Source: Eledone cirrhosa (taxonomy: Eukaryota). Taken from it: a stretch of DNA of 64,000 nucleotides. Of this stretch, positions 55,620 through 64,000 are shown piece after piece. The notes under the pieces were generated by a model, which saw nothing but the letters and a program-made list of their open reading frames with translations, made no database searches and was not told where the DNA came from. The stretch's first letter is position 1; every line of letters begins with the position of its first letter. A program made the translations under genes and the position numbers. The stretch lies in the NCBI GenBank assembly GCA_964016885.1, contig OZ024741.1, positions 199,268,001 through 199,332,000 on the forward strand, read 5' to 3'.

Positions 55620-56883
55620 AAACAAACACCTTTAATTGCCCAGAAGGCTCCATAGAAATAGTTGATAGTTTCTGTTACCTAGGGGACCAATTTAGCAGTT
55701 GAGGTGGGTGTTCTGAAAGTGTAGCAACCAGAGTGAGAATGGGATGGTAAACGTTCATGGAGGTACTACTGCTGCTAGCTACAAAAGGTTTTCCCCTTAA
55801 AATGAAAGGCAGATTGTGTGAAGCTTGTGAACAAATAAAAATGCTACATCAAAGTGAGACCTAGCTGCTGTGTGCAGAGGAACAATGAAGATTGGAAAGA
55901 AATGAAACTTACATGCTCTGATGGATGTGTAATAGTAGAATGCATGAATGACAAATCATCAGTGAACTGAGAGAGAAGCTAGGCACAAGAGGGGTTAGAT
56001 AGTGTATAGGAGAAGAGATTGCAGTGGTTTAGACATGTGATACATATGGAGGATGGCAGCTGTATAAAAAGGTGTAGGGCACCCAAAGTTGATGGTAACT
56101 ATGGTAGAAGAAGATCTAGGAAAATTTGAGATGGAGTGATAAAAGCTGACCTTATCCAATTAAACTTCAAAAAGGAAATGACACAGGCTGAAAATCTCTG
56201 GGTCATGCTGTCCTGCAGAAGATCTGCCATCCCATATGTTCATGATGAAATGAAGCAAACATGTAAAGAACACACTAGTCTACAACAATCCATTCTGTAC
56301 CCCTTCCCATTCACTTTTCCCAGTCTTAATACTCTGCTCTCATCTGCTAAATATTCAATGCACCTTGTCAATGTTGAACTTGCTTACCTATTCCCCTCCT
56401 CCAAACCCTTATTCTTGATACACCTCATCTGCCCAACCCACACACAAGCATAAAAGCTGGACATGCTCAACATTTGATCTCCCATAATGCTGTTTCCATG
56501 ACAAAAAGCACAAAGTTCACCCTGTATGCTGATCTTGTGTCACAACAAAAGCACCCAGTCCTTCTTGTCAGATGGTTGTGTGAGTGACACAAGAAAATGC
56601 ACCCAGTCCACCCTGTAAGGTGGTTGTGTTGGTGACATGACACAAAACACTCAGTTCACTCTGTAAGGTGGTTTTTTTCGATTTTACGATAAAAAGCACC
56701 CAGTTTACACTGTAATGTGGTTGGTGTTAGGAAGGGTATCCAACCGTAGAAACCAAGCCAAAATACAAATCCATATGAACATGACATGGTTGCCAGACCG
56801 GAATTGTCTCATAATATGACCACCCTTCTAAACCATGCAGGTGTATACAATGAATGTTAAACGATGATGATGATGATGATGAT
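55620..56883 (+). mobile_element. Old RTE 3' fragment
   Basis: Decayed DSFCYLGD and MKGRL coding sequence; RTE 3'UTR; (GAT)n tail. Confidence 0.8.
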
Positions 56884-57519
56884 GTGTGTGTGTTAGACAC
56901 TTGCTGAAGGTGTCATGCTGAGGGACTGACTCATAAACCATTTAGTTGTGAAGTGAACATTTTAATCATATAGTCATGCCTGCAGTATATGTAGACACAA
57001 AGAAAATTATGGATAAATTGATTGTTATAGATTTATAAACATGCCTTTCTTGCAATATGAAGTCAATTTCTTACAATTTTAATATTGTTCCATCATACCT
57101 GTTGAACTAGTAGGGTCCTATACAACTGCCACAGCTTAAATAGACTGTCACCTAATCAATATATTCAATATATCTAGGGGCTAGTGACAACATGAAATAA
57201 GGTCATCTGACTCAGAGCACTCACAGTTAGTGTTAACTGATTGAATAAGCTTCACAAGTTATTGATTTTCATTCCTTTTACCTTATCTTTTCATTTGAAA
57301 TGTTCATAGTCATCTTCAATAGAAAACAAACATAATTTATATTTGCACCAGTTTTAAACATGGGAAATAAATAAATGTTTCTGTTATTTAAGTATCTGAT
57401 AGATGAAATATTATAGTATTGAAGAATAATTATTTATCAATATTTCATCTATTTCTATATAGGACATTTGGAAACATTTTTTTATTTTCATTAAAATTTT
57501 TCTATATATATATATATAT

Positions 57520-57869
57520 ATAGAAATAAGATTTCGCTTCAAGCATAGCTTCATACAAATATGTATAGAAATTTCGTATTTCTAAAGAAACACGGTTTTA
57601 GGAAGCGATAGCTATGCAAACGCCCTCTGGTGGTATCCAGCAGAAGCAAGGGGGACAACCGTCTATGCATTTCAGGCTTGACTGGCCTTTTCAGGACGGT
57701 CTCTCCCACCGCTTGCAACTGCTGGACTTGAAAACAGGCGAGAATATATACATTTCTCGTCTGTGCAAATGAGGTGATTAATCTCATTTGCATATGAAGC
57801 TGCATAAGTTGGCTCAACTTACAATAGAATAGAAATAAGATTTCGCTTCAAGCATAGCTTTATACAAAT
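57520..57869 (-). mobile_element. Retrozyme-like 309-bp monomer with a 41-bp terminal direct repeat
   Basis: atagaaataagatttcgcttcaagcatagctt.atacaaat at 57520 and 57829; internal hammerhead-like fold. Confidence 0.7.
57658..57700 (-). ncRNA. Hammerhead-like fold with a variant core (CTGAAA(A))
   Basis: ACCGTC-CTGAAA-AGGC-cagtcaa-GCCT-GAAA-TGCA-TA^GACGGT; all three stems pair, G8 is absent. Confidence 0.6.
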
Positions 57870-57992
57870 CATCATCATCATTTTACGTCCGCTTTTCCCT
57901 GCTTGCAAGGGTTGGACGGGTCCTATTCAGCACAGCATCTCTCCACTTGTCACGGTCCTTCGTCATCTCTTCGGTGTATATGTATAGAAATA

Positions 57993-58045
<53 letters not shown>

Positions 58046-59027
58046 AATATATGCATATGTTCTTTTTTAGAAAATGTAGGAATACGAAATTCAGAAAATA
58101 ACTTTTAACACAGTCGATTGCAATAAATAATAATTTAGAAAACTGACTAAAATACCTTTTGGGGGGAAAAAAATCAGCAGAAGCCACTATGCTTCTCCAT
58201 AGTGGTTACTGACCACTAATTTCCATCCTATGGGGAATTTACCCACTTTTCTAAGCTATTATTTAGAGTAATTGACTGTAGCTATAGTTGTTTTCTACAT
58301 TTGGGATTCCTACATTTTCTAAGAATTTAAAAACTACCCAATGTTCCAATAGTTTATAAATAATGTTGTTTATATTCTTTGATAAATTATATATAACATT
58401 GTATATATTCTTGGATAGTTTATATATTCTTGGATAGTTTATATATAATGTTGTATATATTATTTTACTTATATAAAATTTATGATTTATTGAAGCACTG
58501 GGAACATTTGAAATTTGAAAATGTGAGAGTCCCAAATGTAGGAAATAACTAAAATGAGTTAATCACTAAAAATGATAGTTGAGAAAAATGGATAAATTAT
58601 CCTTAGAAACGGAAAAAAATTAGACAGAGGTGGTCTATGAGGAATTGAACCCATACCTTTCAGATGCCATTACACACCCACTAATGCACACATCCACACA
58701 CATCCACACACACACATGCATGCATGTAATAGAGTTGTGAAACAAAATCTAAATAACACTTAAAACATTTTACACATCAAAATACTATTATAAACATACT
58801 TATATTCATGAGAATTTCCAAACCACACCATCTAAACATGATGTGTTGTTTAGCTGCCTAAGCTTATAAACAAAGGTTCAGATTTTTGCCTATTTCTCAG
58901 ACATGAAATAGTGGGGTTGGCTTATATTTGAGTATATATGATATATTGAATGGCGAAGAAGAGTAGATTGAGAATTTATGGTGAGATAGAGAAGAATGGG
59001 TGACAACTAAAGTAATATATATATATT

Positions 59028-59333
59028 CTATGTAAAGTTATGTTGGTGCCACACCATCCAGGCCGAAACAAATGAGATCGTGTAGGTGTCACGACAAAAA
59101 AACACACAGTCCACGCTGTAATGTGGCCGTGTAGGCAACACGGTAAAAACCTCCCAGACCCACACTGTAAATGTGGTTGGTGTTAGGAAGGGCATCCAAT
59201 TGTAGAAAACCTGCCAGACAGTCCTATGCGAGCAAGACAATCACTCTTGCCTCAAGTGGGAAAACCCCCGTCCAAACCCATGCAAGCGTGGAACACGGAC
59301 GTTAAACGATGATGATGATGATGATGATGATGA
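59028..59333 (+). mobile_element. 3'UTR fragment of RTE family B
   Basis: Near-identical to 27579-27872. Confidence 0.9.
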
Positions 59334-59483
59334 TATAATAAGTTGACGGAACTAGCATGGGTATCACTGCTAGGACCGCTTGCATCTCAGTGTACTCAAT
59401 AGGTAATGTTAAATAAACTCCCAGAGTATACACATAGTTATTCACTTCAATACAACTCACGTAAACCGGTACCTTCAATTGTT

Positions 59484-59594
59484 CCCGAACTCGAGTTTCA
59501 GCCACACTTAATGCAGCATTAGAGGGCACTGCACCATCTGTCTGCATATATTATGCAACAATGCATAATCGCTGCATGTGGCTTCATCAGCGGG
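59484..59594 (-). ncRNA. Type I hammerhead ribozyme with extended, branched stem II, inside a ~500-bp non-coding insert (about 59334-59842)
   Basis: CCCG-CTGATGA-AGCCACA[ATTATGCA/TGCATAAT and GTGCAG/CTGCAT hairpins]TGTGGCT-GAAA-CTCGAG-TT^CGGG. Confidence 0.85.
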
Positions 59595-59839
59595 CTTCAC
59601 CTAATCAATAACCAATCAATCGACAGAATTCAACTCCAGTCTGTGTCAGCTATGACTGTTTGTGACGACCAACACAGTAAAATGTTGGTAACTGGAATCT
59701 CTACACAACACAATGCTGTCCCTGATTGGCTACTGATTTATAAATTTACGTGATGGCAGGAGACGAAAATTCAAATAGTTCCACTCCTGCCATAAGCACT
59801 CAGCCAACCTATCTCAAACACAAATTAACAAGTTAGTGA

Positions 59840-59877
<38 letters not shown>

Positions 59878-60806
59878 TAGCCTTAGATGAATAGACAGGC
59901 TGCAGACATACCAAGTCAGCAGTCTTGATCTAATTGCATATCTTGTGCACCCATAGTTTCCAGTTGGTACATAATGCAGAGTTCCTACCTACCCCTTCTC
60001 TGCATATTGAGCATGGTTATCTTTCTAATGGCAGTAGATCCCTATCCTTTTTTTTTCGTCAACCCAAATTCTTGTTTTTGCTATGTTTATTTTGAGAACT
60101 TGATTCTGAGCTTTACTTCTACATATGGAATTATTGCAACAAATTTAGCTTTGAAAGCTGTGTCACTGGCATATAGAACTTCCTACAGGTAGCTGGTTTC
60201 AAACTCCTCTGTTAGAGCCTGGATAACTAATAAACAGAAGGATGCCGAGAACTATGTTTTGATGGACTTCTATCTGCACAATAAATTCCTTGCTGAATCC
60301 ATTACTCTCATCTTGCTGTCAGCAATTTTGTACATAGCTTGCACAGCTCTCACCTTTTACAGAGCATGATACTCTGTTAAAAACCTTCTCCAGGCTGGTG
60401 AATGCTAGGTACAGATGCACTTCTCCTGTAGTTGTCTCACCAGGAAGAGAACATTGGTGATATACTGTCCTAACATAGACCCAAACATTGTATTAGTTAA
60501 CATGCTTTCTGGCCAGTTGTGCTTATAACTCTTGCTATTACTTTCATAACCTGATCTATTGGTTTAATGTCTTTGTAGATGCTTCTTTCTTGAATATCTC
60601 CTTTGTCCCTGTAGCAATTGGTGATGATAAAGCTACATCAGTGATTGGTTATGACACTTCCCTGAACTACTTGACAAGAGACACCTCTTGCTTCTGGCCC
60701 TCTCATCATAGAATATTACGAACCTTTTACTTTCAGCTTCTTACCTTACTGATATTATTCTTTGCTCCCCACATGCTTCTAATCTTTCCAGGTCTTTATA
60801 TTAGTT

Positions 60807-61438
60807 ACTAGCAGTGGTACCCGGCGTTGCACGGGATAAGGTATTTTGGAACGCGGGCCGCCAACAGACCTAATCGTGGAAAAACTGCATGCCTGGACAA
60901 TATGTAAAGAAAATAAACCGAATACTCTGATGACTGGATAATCTTTAAGATTGTCCTCGATGAAGCAGGAAAAATGCAGGTTTTCACCTAATGCGGGCCG
61001 TAGGGGATCAAGAAAATGAATTTTTTTATGTGCATAATATACCTTGAAATTTCGGGAAAAATTGGCTAGATGTAACGCCTCAAAAAAGCCCTAAAAAGCT
61101 GAAAAAATGAAGTTTTTCACCTAATGCGGGCCGTAGGCCATAAAAAGTTGGATTTTCTTTGCTCACGGTATGAAGAAGAGACTGACTAATACATAGTTAC
61201 AATTTCAAGGAAATCAGCCTGACGTAACACCTAAAAAAAAACCGTAAAAAAGCTGAAAAAACGCAGTTTTTCATCTAATGTAGGCCCTAGTAGATCAAAA
61301 AGTTGAATTTTTTGTGCATAACACTCCCTGAAACACATAAAGTTTGAAAAAAATCGGTTGGGTATTTCTCAAATTTTAGGGATTCAAACTCACAGACACA
61401 CACAGACAGACATCCTCAGTTTTATATATATATAGATT
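60807..61438 (+). mobile_element. Non-autonomous Helitron/Helentron-like element with internal subrepeats
   Basis: 5' ACTAGCAGT..ACCCGGCGTTGCACGGG hairpin; three repeats of aaaaatg.ag.ttttcacctaatgcgggccgtagg; (CAGA)n and TATATATAGATT 3' end. Confidence 0.65.
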
Positions 61439-61854
61439 ATAGGTCTATCTACTGTAGTATTATTCCTCCATCATATTGTCAATTTAAATCTGGCTGGAAC
61501 CTTACTTCATCCATAGATTTTGTATGTGGTTCTCAGTAGGTTCTCGCATAAAAGTCTCTATTTCCCCCTTTGACTTGTCACACATATCAAATAGTACTTC
61601 TTTAAATGTATATCTTTACAAAGCATTGGTCAACCTGAAGCTATAATAGAAGGCACTTGCCTAAGATACTATGCAGTAAGGCCTGAACCTGAAACTATGT
61701 GATTGTGAAGCCAACTCCTTAACCACACAGCCATATCTGCACCGATTTATCAATCAAATCAATCAATCAATATTTATTATTTCAAATGAAATAATAGAAC
61801 ACAGAAAATTATGTATACACACATAAACCATATTAAAATAATATTAAGATAAAA

Positions 61855-62880
61855 TAAGAGCTGCCCAAGCATTTCTATCATTGGCATTTTCCTGAATTGC
61901 AGTGACTTTTGCATTCAGTTCTTTTGTGACCATTCTTTGGAATGTGGTCTTCGGTCTTTGACTCTTGCGGCAACCTCCTGGTAGTTGATGTAGCAGAAGT
62001 CACTCAGCATGGAAGTTACTAATTGGATGCCGGATTTGATGACCAATCCATGACAATCACTGGTTTCGTACCTGATTGTGACTGCTCTGTGTGTGTAAAA
62101 ATTCATCGATTTCCAGAAGGCTTTTGATAGTGTGGACAGAACTGCAATCTATAAATCTTGCGAGGCACCAGCCTCCAAGAGAAAATCATTGCTGCAATTG
62201 AATGCCCATATGTTAATCAAACGGCTATAGTAAGTATCAATGGAAAACAATCTCCTGAATGTAATATAATGAAAGATATATTACAAAGAGAATCTTTAGC
62301 ACCATATATATTTGTCATCATTATCGACCACATTCTAAAAGCAGCAGCGCATCCTGAAGATGACATTGAGCTCACGTCTGGTATCAAGTTATCAAACCTC
62401 GCATTCGCAGATGACATTGCTTTAATTGTGCTTTCAATACGAAGCACACACACACACTGTTGGCCTGGAACTAAACGTCGCAAAAACTGAGGACGTGTTT
62501 AAACATTGATAATGATAATGGAATATTGTAAATAATGCTAAACTCAGAAGAACAGTTTGCTTTATCTACTTAGGCTCAAAGGTTGTCAGCTGTAATCGTA
62601 CTGGTGAGGAAAACATACTTCACAGAAGAGCATTAGCCTATAAGGAAATGAATGACCTTCAACAAATTTGGAAAGTGAGCATCATTATTATTCATTTGAA
62701 GTTACAGATGTATAATACACCATGTCTGCCAGTGTTTCTTTATGGCTGTGAGACATGGATTGTGCAAAAGCTAAAACAAAAGTGAGCAGTGAACACATTT
62801 CAAACAAATTGTCTGTGCATCATCTGTGACATAACATACCAATATCACATAACAAATCCAGACCTATTTATACAAATGTA
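61855..62880. mobile_element. Old RTE-like LINE with 5' inversion
   Basis: + strand FIDFQKAFDSVDR...LAFADDI; - strand 61855-62090 gives the C-terminus LSWIGH...RPKTTF...DRNAW. Confidence 0.7.
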
Positions 62881-64000
62881 AATTGATAATCTGGATACAG
62901 AGGGTGAAGATATCAAAACAGTTGTCTATAAATGTATTATTCCTCATTGATTTGAAATGGAACCTTTGCAATTGTTGGGCAGCTCACCACTATAATTATT
63001 TAAACCGGCCATATCTGGCCAGAATTCTCCGACCTCTTTTTGTTCAAACTGGCTGTAACTAGCCACTCATACTGATGTTAAGGTATTGTTCTCAAAATAA
63101 ATAATTGTTTCTATTTTAGGCACAAGGCCAGCAATACCCAGTACATTACTGGTACTTTACTTTATCGACCCCGTAAGGATGAAAGGCAAAGTTAACCTCG
63201 GCGAGTTCTCAAAATAAATAATATCAAAATCTCAGAGATTTGATAACATGTGAGATAGAAAATATAATAGTATATATAGGGTAAAGTAAATGCTAAAGGG
63301 TTGATCTTTGTTTTCTGTTGCAAACAAATATTATGGTATGGTATGGACGCATATTCCTGAGGGAGTTTTAGGGGTGCCATATTGACATACAGCATTTCTT
63401 AGGACATTTTAAAACCTGGTGTATCCCATCCCTTCTCCAGGCCTGAGTACAGCAGATTTCTTCCAGAGAAGGGTAGAGGGTGAGAGAAAGGAAGTGAGAA
63501 AGAGATACGAATGAAGAATCGACTGGTAGTTTTTTAATCGACCTCAAATAGATGAACGACAAAGTTGACCTTGGTGGAATTTGAACTGAGAGAGCAGAGA
63601 GCTGCAATTAATACTGCAAAGCACTCAGATGTTCTACCGACTCTGCTGATTCACTGCCTAAACAAATATAATAAGCCTCGGAAAATTTCACAGAGTTGCT
63701 TTCTGTATAAAGAACATCTAGTTAAGGCTGGGCACATAACTAGATATCTTGTTATGTTCTTTATCCCCAAGTCACACCTGATTGGACAGACCTATAAAGA
63801 AAGGCATTCTGGCTGTAACTACCTAGGACTCCATTTTTTAATATATCCTTCCCTTTTTTTTTTATTGTCATCAGTTGCTTCCCTTTACACCCATTCAGCT
63901 TTGCTTTTTTTTTTACCCACTCTGATGTTGAAAATAATAAGTGCAAAACAATATACCATATAATTGTTTCTACTTTTGGCACCAGGCCAGCAATTATCCC

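Noticed and set aside
60927-60965. CTGATGA followed by a GGATAATCT/AGATTGTCC hairpin
   Set aside because: No GAAA or stems I and III after the hairpin; it lies within the Helitron-like element.

Overview
AT-rich, repeat-dense animal genomic DNA. The SINE, RTE and microsatellite content strongly resembles Octopus (inference). The + strand carries two in-frame IQ-region exons of an unconventional myosin (2288-2399 and 41128-41234) separated by a 38.7 kb intron. An orphan ORF ending in a phase-0 splice donor (45187-45480) may be an alternative first exon of a headless isoform. The rest is mostly mobile elements: several RTE LINE families, a Tx1/L1 element with a TSD, CR1 and R4-like remnants, Penelope-like remnants, two tRNA-SINE families, DD37D mariners, hAT elements, a Helitron-like element, MITEs and (TA)n tracts. 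The most notable signal is a set of non-coding elements inserted in (TA)n that carry type I hammerhead ribozyme folds. Three have an unusually long, branched stem II, with compensatory changes between two copies (19247-19368, 20467-20593, 59484-59594). Two elements are terminally redundant monomers of 707 and 309 bp, like retrozymes or circular RNAs. Two long palindromes appear to have formed by fold-back at or near the ribozyme. Intact ribozymes lie almost only antisense to the host gene. All structures were paired by eye; no database search or folding program was run.
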